Shown here piece after piece: positions 18,022 through 27,075 of a DNA stretch of 64,000 bases. A program made the position numbers and the translations under genes. The notes under the pieces were generated by a model. It did no database searches and was not told the origin of the DNA. It saw only the letters and a program-made list of their open reading frames with translations. Where the stretch lies: NCBI GenBank assembly GCA_964552045.1, contig CAZKFF010000007.1:3949-67948 (forward strand), written 5' to 3'. Position 1 is the stretch's first letter; each line of letters starts with the position of its first letter. Source of the stretch: an uncultured Candidatus Saccharibacteria bacterium. Lineage in GTDB: Bacteria; Patescibacteriota; Minisyncoccia; Phycocordibacterales; UBA918.

Positions 18022-20703
18022 CTACGATTTGTATACTCTCAAATTTTTAAGCAGCGTGCGGCTGTCCTTGTCCAGAGTCTTATACCAAGAGGCTCCCAGT
18101 TTTGTACGCAGTGCAGGCGACAGCTTCGTATAGAACCCGTGTGCCTTCAGCTGATACTGCCGCGTGTAACCGTCGCGTCGGGGTGCATCCTCCATCTCAA
18201 CAGCAATCGTGTCTCCCGGCTGAGTGTGGACGAACGTGTGGTTCTGCTCGGCGAGCTCGCGTGACACTTCCCTGTTCTCGCGCTCGTGATACATGCGCTT
18301 CACTGCAAGCGGGGTAAACGTCACATCCTTGGACTCTACCGGGTCTGCCGTAAAGAGGAACGCTGTGCGCACCTTGTGTTTCTTTGTTGCGCGGATGCGC
18401 ATGGTAAGGAACGCCCCCTGTGCGCGCTTGAGCACTTCTTTTGGTATACGGACCACTTCCTGAGACGCCTGCACATAGCGCGGGAAGAGTGTCTGCAGAT
18501 AGGTGATCTCGCCTCCTGCCTCTGCACTTATTACGAGGGACTTTGATGAGTAGCTGCCCTGAGCATAATACGAGCTCTGGGAGTAATAGGAACTCTGGCT
18601 GTAGTACGAGCTCTGGCTGTAATAACCCGATTGCACATATATTGGCGGATAACTGCCCTGGCTATATATAGGATCGTAACTGCTTTGCGTGTAATACCCG
18701 CTCTGGGTATATCCATACGCGCTTTGCGTGTATGGCGTATCCGCATAGGCAGTCTGCCCTAAGGCGAGACCAGATGCGAAGAGCAAACCCATTGCTGCAG
18801 CCGGTGCATTCTTCAGCAGCGTCTGGGAATGTATGTGAAGCTGTTCAAGGGCTGAGAATGGCACCTGATTACCGAGCGTCCAGTCACGGAAATGAGCATC
18901 GACCAGAAGCCACATATCCTCGGTTGGGATATCCTGTACCGGAATCTTGATGAGAAGCTCATCACCGGTATTGAGGGTGATATCCTTCCCGTCCTGTGTC
19001 GGTCCAAGCTGTGTGTATGCCACAGAGGTCGGCGTAAGTCGCGCAGTACGCGTATCGAAATAGTAAGTGCTCTGGGATGGATGCACCTCTGCTTTTTGTG
19101 TATCAAAAATATAGGTATCTTTGAGATTGCCATCAGTTACGGGGTGATGAGAAGCGGGGGTGTCAATAGCAATAAGAGCAAACGAGTCTATATAACTCTC
19201 TTCTGGCTCAACCTCCTTTATCTGCATGCGTATAAGGCCATTTTCACTGTGCGGCTCGTGTTTGAGGAGGTAGGTATCACCACCGATGCCCTGCGCATAT
19301 GCCTTTCTTCCCTCATGCTCGGTGTCGAAAGCGGTGTTCGGTTTTCCGAACAGGAAGTCATTTTCAAAGACGTATTCGCGGCCGTTCCATACCTTCAGGA
19401 ACGGTGTGGAGGTCGGAGTCGAGTATGAACCCTGCTCGTAATATCCGCTCTGGTTGTATATCGGATCATAGCTCGCTTCGCTGTATGTCGGAGTCGGATC
19501 CTCGTATACCAATTCGTAGTACCCTTCGGCATTCATGGTTACATTCTCCGATTTTTCCCAATGACCAGCGTAGTTGGTGCAGTCAACTTCATAGACCGGA
19601 ACACCACCTTCGGCAATGATCGCCTCATACTGTGCCTGATCCTCTTCGTCCATTCGATTGAAGACTTCAATATCACCGTTTACCAGAGCGAGGGTAGCAT
19701 CACCGAGTTGTAAAGAGTTATCAATAATGATCAATCCGTCATCCCCGCTGTCTGACTCAAGATAAAGATCATCCGCCGCTTGCGTGGCACTATACGAACC
19801 CTGCGCATAGGCATACCCATAGCTTCCCTGCGCATAGGCATAGGAACTCTGCGAATATCCGTAGGTGTAGCTTCCCTGTGCATAGGCATAGGAACTCTGC
19901 GAGTAACCGTATGTATAGCTTCCCTGTGCGTAATAGGAGCTCTGTGAATACCCGTAGGTGTAGCTTCCCTGCGCATAATAGCTACTTTGCGAGTAACCAT
20001 ATGTATAACTACCTTGGCTGTAGTAGGAACTTTGTGAATAATAACTGCCCTGTGAATATCCATAGCCGTAACTTCCCTGCGCATAGTAGGAGCTCTGCGC
20101 GTAGTAGGTGTAGCTTCCCTGCGCGTAATATGAACCCTGCGCATAACCATATGTATAGGAACCCTGGGAGTAGTACGAGCTTTGGCTGTAGTATGAGCTC
20201 TGAGAATAGTAGCTTCCCTGCGCGTAGTAGCTTCCCTGCGCGTAGTAGCTGCCTTGCGAGTAATACGAACCCTGGCTGTAGTAGGAATATGAACCCTGGG
20301 AATAGTAGCTTCCCTGTGCATAATAAGAACCCTGGCTGTAGTAGGAATATGAACCCTGGGAATAGTAGGAACCCTGTGAGTAGTATGAACCTTGGGAATA
20401 GTACGAACCCTGTGAGTAGTATGAACTCTGGGAATAGTAGGAACCCTGTGAGTAGTATGAACCCTGCGAGTAGTATGAACCTTGAGAATAATAGCTGCCT
20501 TGGCTGTAGTACGAACCCTGTGAGTAGTATGAACCCTGGCTGTAGCCGTAGAGCATCAGGAACACGGACTGCAGGATCGTTGAGACGCTTTCGGTGTCCC
20601 CCAAAAGGGTCGAATAGACATACCCAACAGCGAGGAGCAAAAGCTGCAGTTTGTTCCTGGACACATAATCGAACGCACGTGATACGTTCAGTACCGTAAA
20701 CAT
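18022..20703 (-). CDS. Large Tyr-rich YxQxxY-repeat protein with a globular C-terminal domain
   Basis: Start taken at MFTVLNVS (20703); N-terminal hydrophobic segments; three repeat blocks; STPFLKVWNG...FENDFL...EESYIDSFALIAIDTP domain. Confidence 0.85.
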   Translation of the reverse strand: MFTVLNVSRAFDYVSRNKLQLLLLAVGYVYSTLLGDTESVSTILQSVFLMLYGYSQGSYYSQGSYYSQGSYYSQGSYYSQGSYYSQGSYYSQSSYYSQGSYYSQGSYYSQGSYYSQGSYSYYSQGSYYAQGSYYSQGSYSYYSQGSYYSQGSYYAQGSYYAQGSYYSQSSYYSQSSYYSQGSYTYGYAQGSYYAQGSYTYYAQSSYYAQGSYGYGYSQGSYYSQSSYYSQGSYTYGYSQSSYYAQGSYTYGYSQSSYYAQGSYTYGYSQSSYAYAQGSYTYGYSQSSYAYAQGSYGYAYAQGSYSATQAADDLYLESDSGDDGLIIIDNSLQLGDATLALVNGDIEVFNRMDEEDQAQYEAIIAEGGVPVYEVDCTNYAGHWEKSENVTMNAEGYYELVYEDPTPTYSEASYDPIYNQSGYYEQGSYSTPTSTPFLKVWNGREYVFENDFLFGKPNTAFDTEHEGRKAYAQGIGGDTYLLKHEPHSENGLIRMQIKEVEPEESYIDSFALIAIDTPASHHPVTDGNLKDTYIFDTQKAEVHPSQSTYYFDTRTARLTPTSVAYTQLGPTQDGKDITLNTGDELLIKIPVQDIPTEDMWLLVDAHFRDWTLGNQVPFSALEQLHIHSQTLLKNAPAAAMGLLFASGLALGQTAYADTPYTQSAYGYTQSGYYTQSSYDPIYSQGSYPPIYVQSGYYSQSSYYSQSSYYSQSSYYAQGSYSSKSLVISAEAGGEITYLQTLFPRYVQASQEVVRIPKEVLKRAQGAFLTMRIRATKKHKVRTAFLFTADPVESKDVTFTPLAVKRMYHERENREVSRELAEQNHTFVHTQPGDTIAVEMEDAPRRDGYTRQYQLKAHGFYTKLSPALRTKLGASWYKTLDKDSRTLLKNLRVYKS
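18550..18732 (-). repeat. Internal block of 9 YxQxxY units
   Basis: YTQSAY, YTQSGY, YTQSSY, YSQGSY, YVQSGY, YSQSSY x3, YAQGSY. Confidence 0.9.
19792..20544 (-). repeat. Coding tandem repeat: 37 x Y[SA]Q[GS]SY (18-nt period, with short SY/TYG/A linkers)
   Basis: Counted from the translation; 251 codons; synonymous codons vary between units. Confidence 0.95.
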
Positions 20704-20807
20704 ATGTATGATTATATATTCATTGGCTCTTCCGCTTGGTGCAAGGGTGTTGACAAGTTTGTGGGAGTGCGCTGCATGTCCGAAAAACACGGTGCGCCGC
20801 ATCAGCG

Positions 20808-21884
20808 CTAGAGCGCGGCAATCTCAAAGCAATAGGCCTTATGTTCCTCATTATCAAACCACGAACAGAACGGATCGAAGGAGACCGAATGGTCATGCAT
20901 CTGTGTTTTGAAGAAACTGTCATGGAATGAACGGATATATGTCCTGGTCAGTTCGTCCGAGAATGACCGGACAATAGGCAGCGGAGTTACGTCTTCGCCT
21001 TTTCCAAGCATAAAGTCTGCAGCAGCAGTTGCTACGCTTTCTACACAGCCTTTCTGCACGGTCGAAGCGATAGCCGGCGCGATACACAGCGCAAGTGCCT
21101 CCTCGATCTCACTTTCCTGCGCTGTTGTGCTCAGACCCAAGCCATTGAGCTCCTTCGCGCAATATCCCTGCAGTTCTTCTGCCAATGAGCTGCAGAAAGA
21201 AAGGAGGTCTCCAGCACTGCTTCCTGCCTTGTGTTGTTGGTCTGCGTGCTCGCTGAATACTCCCCGATAACAGCTTGCGTGAGTAATTGTATCGTCATAG
21301 GTAAGCAGATCGCACTGCTTGAGCGCTTCGAGCGGATCGCGCGTATTTTCCATGAACGAGTGCCCAGCGCCGTGATAGCAGCCCTGATAGTACGGATCCA
21401 GAGGCATGGCAAGCTTGCAGAACTCATAGAGCTTTTCAACGTTCTGTGGGTACGGCTCATTGGCAAGCTGGCCTTCCACCCCATGCATGAAGCCGCTTCC
21501 GCAGAAATCAAGATTCTCTTTGGAAAGAAAATCATGCACTTGTCCGTAATTCTCGCCATAGCCGCCATAGTGTCCGATCACATGAGCGAGCGAATGGCAG
21601 TCGAACATATCGATCTGGCCCTCGACCAGCGCCTGGGTGACCTGATCAATCATTCCATTTATCCCATCATGCTTGAAGAGCACATCGATCTTTTTTTCAA
21701 AATAGCGCTGATATTCAAGATTGCGGAGCTGACTCAGATCGCGTTGCGCCTCTTCGTACGCCGGATCAGACCGCCAGCCCTGTGGCGCGAAGGTCAACAA
21801 CAAAGCCCCGCACAGCACGAGCGCTGCAGTCCCTCCCAGAAAAAGTAATGATATGGTTTTTCTCTGCATGCTCCTGAACATCAC
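20808..21884 (-). CDS. Membrane-anchored Cys/His-repeat protein (paralog 2)
   Basis: DCHSLAHVIG, CGSGFMHG, CYHGAGH, CYRGVFSE. Confidence 0.85.
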   Translation of the reverse strand: MMFRSMQRKTISLLFLGGTAALVLCGALLLTFAPQGWRSDPAYEEAQRDLSQLRNLEYQRYFEKKIDVLFKHDGINGMIDQVTQALVEGQIDMFDCHSLAHVIGHYGGYGENYGQVHDFLSKENLDFCGSGFMHGVEGQLANEPYPQNVEKLYEFCKLAMPLDPYYQGCYHGAGHSFMENTRDPLEALKQCDLLTYDDTITHASCYRGVFSEHADQQHKAGSSAGDLLSFCSSLAEELQGYCAKELNGLGLSTTAQESEIEEALALCIAPAIASTVQKGCVESVATAAADFMLGKGEDVTPLPIVRSFSDELTRTYIRSFHDSFFKTQMHDHSVSFDPFCSWFDNEEHKAYCFEIAAL

Positions 21885-21891
21885 GTGCGTG

Positions 21892-22293
21892 TTATGAACC
21901 GGTTACGGTTATGGTTCCCGTCTTGTTTGCGCGGATGTGGTCGTGATACTTCCATACGCCTACCTTGTCGAATTTGAATGACCACTCATCGCCGGGCGCT
22001 ATAGGAGTCAGCGGATCGAACTCAGGATAGACGCCATGCGTAGGATGCAGATCAGAAGCCGGCCAGTGGAATTCCCCGGACTCATTCACCCAGGTGACCA
22101 CGTCTCCCTGATGTATGGTCACTTCCTTCGGCTCATATCCTGATTCAGTTCGGGTTATGACAACCGCAGGCTCCCCTAGGTTTTGCACTACTGGAGCAAC
22201 TTCGGCGTCCCGATTCTGGAGTAGCAGATAGAGCGCTCCTCCGGCGAGAACAGCAGCAATAATAAGTGCAGCGATAATGAGCTTTTTGTCCAT
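21892..22293 (-). CDS. Stand-alone Cys-less cupredoxin-like protein
   Basis: GYEPKEVTIHQGDVVTWVN, HWPASDLHPTH, WKYHDH, GTITV. Confidence 0.85.
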   Translation of the reverse strand: MDKKLIIAALIIAAVLAGGALYLLLQNRDAEVAPVVQNLGEPAVVITRTESGYEPKEVTIHQGDVVTWVNESGEFHWPASDLHPTHGVYPEFDPLTPIAPGDEWSFKFDKVGVWKYHDHIRANKTGTITVTGS

Positions 22294-22296
22294 ATG

Positions 22297-22821
22297 TTAT
22301 ATGTTCTTATTTTTTCGGGGAATAAAAAGTGCCACAGCGATGCCAATCATGAGACCCGAGAGGCCAAACAACGCATAGAGTATCCTCGGGTCGACGCCGC
22401 TTTTCTCCTCTAGTGGCGGCAATATCTCGATCGGAAATTCTGTTGCCACTACAGCTTCACCTTCTTTTTGGAAGCGTGCAGTAAGTACGTAACTTCCCTG
22501 CTCGGGAAACACGAAAGTGAATCCGGTTGCGCCGAACACCGGCTTGCTGATGCCACCTGCAAAGAATATTTTCTTATCCTTGGTCAGCGTCACCCAGACA
22601 TCCTCGAATACCTCTCCTTCCACAGCATCAGTATTCTCGGGATAGATGGCAAAATCGAACCGCACTGATTCGTTCTCCGCGATGAACTCATCGTATCCGA
22701 TGTCGATCTTGTATCCGTCCTTGATCTCTTCATGCGAAAAGCTCGAGCCGTGTGCGCCTGCAAAAAAAGGGACGCTAACGGCGAGAACACTGACGAACAA
22801 ACTGATAATTATATGCTTCAT
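22297..22821 (-). CDS. Secreted protein with predicted N-terminal His and C-terminal TM anchor
   Basis: Signal peptide ending AGA-HG; beta-rich body (FPEQGSYVLTARF); C-terminal TM plus basic tail. Confidence 0.75.
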   Translation of the reverse strand: MKHIIISLFVSVLAVSVPFFAGAHGSSFSHEEIKDGYKIDIGYDEFIAENESVRFDFAIYPENTDAVEGEVFEDVWVTLTKDKKIFFAGGISKPVFGATGFTFVFPEQGSYVLTARFQKEGEAVVATEFPIEILPPLEEKSGVDPRILYALFGLSGLMIGIAVALFIPRKNKNI

Positions 22822-22839
22822 ATCGGGATTATAGCACTG

Positions 22840-24060
22840 TTAATGTCCTGCACGGCACGTCTGTCCCCATGCTGTCGGCAATGTGGAACACAGTTCCTCA
22901 AATGCGGGGGAATTAGGATGGAAGTTGAATGAAGCAACCCGCGCAAGGAAGCTGTAACATTCATCCTGTGCCGCTTTTTCCTGCGCCCGGCTGCACATAT
23001 CCACCGCCGCGCTGACCAGACCCGGGTCTTCTTCAGGGAAGGCATTCGCACTGCGCGCGAAACACGTGCCCATATATTCGCTTGGCAGGCCGTTGCAGGT
23101 TGCGGCCATCTTGTCTGCATCGCCGAGGTTGTGCCGTCCATTTATCGTGAATGCGGACACGAAGCACAGCGACCGATCTTGGTTTTCGCTCAGAGCCGAA
23201 CAGTAATTGATGACACCCTCGCTTGTATAGATATCATTGCCGAACAGCGGCCAGGCTTCCCGCCAGCAGGCGCCGTATTGTTGATCGGTCGCGCTGTTCT
23301 CCGTACAGAATGTCTCAAGAGTTTCGCGGGTCGGCGCACCGTCAGGAAGCATATCCACCAGAGCAAAATCTTCTGGTTCGAGCGGCTGGAAAAGCTGCAT
23401 ATATACGCCTTCAGTGCACAGCTTGCGATAGTCGCGGCCGTCTGCTTTCAGGCCGACCACCTCGCATCCTTCAAGCGACTGCTGCACGTCAGCGAGCGTC
23501 ATATGGATGAGCACATGCCCTATCCCGTGGTAGCAGATCGCTTTGGTGAGGTCGGTAGGATTCCAGCCTTCGCGTTCCTCGCAGGCGATGGAAAGGTCTC
23601 CAAGCGCATACTCGAACTCTTCGTCGCTTAAATCTTCATCGTTAAAACGGGCGACCAACGCTCCATGCGCATAGCCGTTGGAGCACAGACCGTCGGTCGG
23701 CCCTTTAGCGACCACGTCAAGCCATTTGTCTGGATCAAGCGATACTTCATAGTTCCCGAGCTCATGCGCGAGCACATGGCAGTACAGATATTCCGGATCA
23801 TCGCGGCGTATTTGCCGCACCACATCGAATATTCTCTCGGTGGGCATCTCACTGACGAGTTTCGGCACCTCGGTCTCATAGCACGTCGGGCGGTATGGTG
23901 CATCTGCGCACTTCTCCACCATCATGTGCGCATACGCTTCAATACTCTGCGACGACTGTGTGTGTCCGGTGCTCTTGAAGTAGTTATAGCTGAAGACCCC
24001 GGCTGCGATGAGAACTGCGAGGACTATTGCACTGATGATTAATTTATGAGTGTATGCCAT
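22840..24060 (-). CDS. Membrane-anchored Cys/His-repeat protein (paralog 3)
   Basis: YCHVLAHELG, CSNGYAHG, CYHGIGH, CTEGVYMQ; start trimmed to MAYTHK. Confidence 0.85.
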   Translation of the reverse strand: MAYTHKLIISAIVLAVLIAAGVFSYNYFKSTGHTQSSQSIEAYAHMMVEKCADAPYRPTCYETEVPKLVSEMPTERIFDVVRQIRRDDPEYLYCHVLAHELGNYEVSLDPDKWLDVVAKGPTDGLCSNGYAHGALVARFNDEDLSDEEFEYALGDLSIACEEREGWNPTDLTKAICYHGIGHVLIHMTLADVQQSLEGCEVVGLKADGRDYRKLCTEGVYMQLFQPLEPEDFALVDMLPDGAPTRETLETFCTENSATDQQYGACWREAWPLFGNDIYTSEGVINYCSALSENQDRSLCFVSAFTINGRHNLGDADKMAATCNGLPSEYMGTCFARSANAFPEEDPGLVSAAVDMCSRAQEKAAQDECYSFLARVASFNFHPNSPAFEELCSTLPTAWGQTCRAGH

Positions 24061-24070
24061 ATATGCCTGG

Positions 24071-25564
24071 TTATAGTAAACAATACTTATTTCTGTATTC
24101 TGCTGCAACCTGGTCGCAGATCATTTGTGTAGTCTCCTGATCGTAGCGCGAACCCATCCGCGGCAGCGTGTAGCTGTAGCAGCTGTCGCGCTCTTCTGGG
24201 GTAAGCTCAGGCAGTTCGCAGAAAGCAAGATTCTGGATGTACTCAATGCCCGGCTCCCCGTACTTGATGTGTCCCCCTGAAAGCCCCTCAATGCACGGCA
24301 GGTGGTCCTCCTGCGGGAATGACCGGCAGAGTGCTATGCCCGTCTGCGCATAGTCAGGCTTCTCGCCATACACGCGGATGTACTCGAACATGAGGCCGAG
24401 CGTGACCATGTCGTTGATGGTGTGGCCGTCGATTGCTGTCTCATTGTTGTCGATCATGTGTTCGTTTATGTACGCAGCAGCCTTTTTGAAGTCGTCATCG
24501 GTGAGGTCGAGCACCACCGGGATCATATTGCTGTAGCATGCTTCACGCCGGGCGAGCGTCTGCTTATTGCAGAATTCAAACGGATGCTGCCGCAGCTCCG
24601 TTATTTGGTACTTCGGGTCCATTGCAAGTATCTCGATGGCGTTGAACACCCCCGTTTCGCAGAGATACGTCTCTAGCTCATTCTGCGCCAAAAGGCCGCA
24701 CACCTTGAAACCGGGTTCCATCATGGCATTGGGATTCCCCCATGTGGTCGGATCACTGCCGTCAATGGCTCCATGCCCCGTCCCATGGAAGCAGGCAGTT
24801 GCCGCTGCTGATGCTTTGCCGCGGAGTTTCTCGTCAACCACCCTGCAGAATTCGCGCGCCTCATCAATGTCGCCGGTAGTGAGGAGAAGCTGCTCCATGA
24901 AGCCGTGATAAAAACCATATCCGCATAGTGCTGTGGCAGGGGTGAGGTCGAAATTACGATGTTCGGCATAGAGCTCATAGGCTTTTTCTCCGATGAGGTG
25001 ACTGTACCCATGGCAATCGTTGAGGAACAACGGCTCGGTCTCCGAGAGGTAAAGCACCTGGTTGAGTGCTGCCTCAACGCCATCGCGGTCAAGCGTATCA
25101 AGCATCATCTTTTCCCAGCACTGAACCGTCCGTTCCTGCGTGCAATCGACAACAACATGCGTGCCGTCTTGTCGTTCAACGAGTATCTCCCCCTCGAAAT
25201 TCGAAGCGATATGGTCGTGGTAGAGGTAGGTGCCCGGTTTATCGAACGTGAATTCCCACGTCTCATCTGCAGGTACCGGCTGCTTCGGATCGAATGCGGG
25301 AAATGCGGTATGCGTTGGATGCACGTTTGATGCCGGCCAGAACGGCCTGTTCACTGTAGCCCTGAAGACCACCGTATCCCCTGCCTGAATGGTGAGCTTC
25401 TGCGGATGGAAGCCGTCGTCTTTGAGGACCACCTCGTAGCGGGTCTTATTAAAGAGATCCGGGATTGGGATCAGGTCAAAGAAGAGCGCTGCAGCAGCGC
25501 CAGCTGTGACAATGCCCACGAGCGTCCCCGCTATCCATATTCTTTTGTATTTCAAAAACTGCAT
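24071..25564 (-). CDS. Cupredoxin-like plus Cys/His-repeat protein (paralog 4)
   Basis: WPASNVHPTH...YHDH; DCHGYSHLIG, CGYGFYHG, CFHGTGH, CETGVFN. Confidence 0.85.
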   Translation of the reverse strand: MQFLKYKRIWIAGTLVGIVTAGAAAALFFDLIPIPDLFNKTRYEVVLKDDGFHPQKLTIQAGDTVVFRATVNRPFWPASNVHPTHTAFPAFDPKQPVPADETWEFTFDKPGTYLYHDHIASNFEGEILVERQDGTHVVVDCTQERTVQCWEKMMLDTLDRDGVEAALNQVLYLSETEPLFLNDCHGYSHLIGEKAYELYAEHRNFDLTPATALCGYGFYHGFMEQLLLTTGDIDEAREFCRVVDEKLRGKASAAATACFHGTGHGAIDGSDPTTWGNPNAMMEPGFKVCGLLAQNELETYLCETGVFNAIEILAMDPKYQITELRQHPFEFCNKQTLARREACYSNMIPVVLDLTDDDFKKAAAYINEHMIDNNETAIDGHTINDMVTLGLMFEYIRVYGEKPDYAQTGIALCRSFPQEDHLPCIEGLSGGHIKYGEPGIEYIQNLAFCELPELTPEERDSCYSYTLPRMGSRYDQETTQMICDQVAAEYRNKYCLL

Positions 25565-25977
25565 TATTCGGTGACGATGATAGTGCCCTGCAGGGTTGAG
25601 TTCAGATGGTCATGGTAATCCCACTGCCCAACGCGAGTGAACTGGAACGACCAGGTCTGGTCCTGCGGGACCGGCTGGAGCGGATCAAACGCACGGTACT
25701 GCGAATGGGTCGGATGCTGGTCGGAGGCAGGCCAGAATGGGTATGCACGCACAGAACTCCATTCCACCACATCCCCTTTCTTGATGGTCAGCTCTTTGGG
25801 CTCAAAACCAGAGTCGTACAAGACCACGGAATGATGGGCTCCTTCGGGCATGGTCTCTTCCGCAGTTGCCCCTTGTTGCGACATAAGCAGCAAAGCCGCA
25901 GCAGCCGCACATACGGCACAGGCGAGCACTGCGGCAATGATACTGATTCTTCTGTTCATGTTTAATCCGATATGCAT
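25564..25977 (-). CDS. Stand-alone Cys-less cupredoxin-like protein
   Basis: GFEPKELTIKKGDVVEW, WPASDQHPTH, WDYHDH; stop overlaps the next start (TAATG). Confidence 0.85.
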   Translation of the reverse strand: MHIGLNMNRRISIIAAVLACAVCAAAAALLLMSQQGATAEETMPEGAHHSVVLYDSGFEPKELTIKKGDVVEWSSVRAYPFWPASDQHPTHSQYRAFDPLQPVPQDQTWSFQFTRVGQWDYHDHLNSTLQGTIIVTE

Positions 25978-25986
25978 GGTTCGCCT

Positions 25987-27075
25987 TTACACATCGCTGA
26001 AGATGCTTTCGCACAGCTGCGTATCTTCCTGTTCTGTGAACTCACCGCAGAACGATTGCCAGTCGCGTCCGGTGCCACTTATGAGATACTGTTTCATTTC
26101 AGTACCTGCGCCGATGATATACGCCCGGCGGAGTTCGTCGCTTAAGCCCAATATGTGCTGCGGCACGATGATCGTGTGCTTGGCTGCAAGCTCATGCTGC
26201 GTACCGACCGCAGACACGCTACGGATGCACGCTTCTTCGAGCTCAGCATCATACTCTTCGTTCGAACACGCAATCAGCTTCTTTTCGATGTCTTCAGGCG
26301 TCGACGCTTCGCTTACTCCCAGACCGCTGAACTCAAACACGCACTGAATGCGGTAACGATCGCCGAACTTCGAACAATATTCAAGCGGGGTCTTCTCATC
26401 CATAGTAAGCGGCGGGCCGCCCGTGTAGACGATCCCCGTACCGCCGTCGGTGCCACCCACGAGGTTGGTCAGCTCAGCAAAGACAGCGTTGTAGCACGGA
26501 GTTACGTCCTCAACAGTGTGCGTTTCATTGATCAGGTCATCGCACATCTTAAGCGAGGCGTCGACGTCGAGCGACTCGTTCATAAAAGCATGTCCAGCTC
26601 CGTGGTAACAGGCAGCGTCAGGATTCTTCCGCTTGATGGCATCGCACATGCGGTACAGATTGTTCTTATAGTCACCGCCGCTTAATGCGACCTGTGCTTC
26701 CGCCCCGTGGCGGTACCCAAGTTCGCAGAAATGCGTATCATGTGAGACGACCTTATCGTAATCCTCGCCATAATACACCACTGCCTCATGACCCGTCATG
26801 TGGGAGAGCACATGACAGTTGTAGATACCGTACTTGTTGTGCGTAAAGGCATATTCATTGATATCAATGGCCCCCTGCACCCCCCACTTGTTGATGATGT
26901 CAGGCAACGTATCGCGTATGGTCACAAAGACCTCTTCACCCTCGCCCATCCCTGCCACAACTGCTGCGACGTCAAGTTTTTCAACGTCAGGCTTCAGCTG
27001 CAGATACGTGCCTGCTGTAAGCAAGAGAACGATGATGATGCCATACATCGCATAGACCGGCTTCATATTCTTCAT
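25987..27075 (-). CDS. Membrane-anchored Cys/His-repeat protein (paralog 5)
   Basis: NCHVLSHMTG, CELGYRHG, CYHGAGH, CYNAVFAE; ATGA overlap with the upstream gene. Confidence 0.85.
   Translation of the reverse strand: MKNMKPVYAMYGIIIVLLLTAGTYLQLKPDVEKLDVAAVVAGMGEGEEVFVTIRDTLPDIINKWGVQGAIDINEYAFTHNKYGIYNCHVLSHMTGHEAVVYYGEDYDKVVSHDTHFCELGYRHGAEAQVALSGGDYKNNLYRMCDAIKRKNPDAACYHGAGHAFMNESLDVDASLKMCDDLINETHTVEDVTPCYNAVFAELTNLVGGTDGGTGIVYTGGPPLTMDEKTPLEYCSKFGDRYRIQCVFEFSGLGVSEASTPEDIEKKLIACSNEEYDAELEEACIRSVSAVGTQHELAAKHTIIVPQHILGLSDELRRAYIIGAGTEMKQYLISGTGRDWQSFCGEFTEQEDTQLCESIFSDV

Noticed and set aside
19792-20544. Repeat array as CRISPR or a non-coding repeat
   Set aside because: 18-nt period with no unique spacers; variation is mostly at synonymous positions of an open frame; no cas genes.
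19878-20699. 273-aa plus-strand ORF (SSMNPG repeats) and the 19731-20321 alternative-frame ORF
   Set aside because: Shadow frames of the Tyr-repeat gene; they stay open because of the repeat composition.
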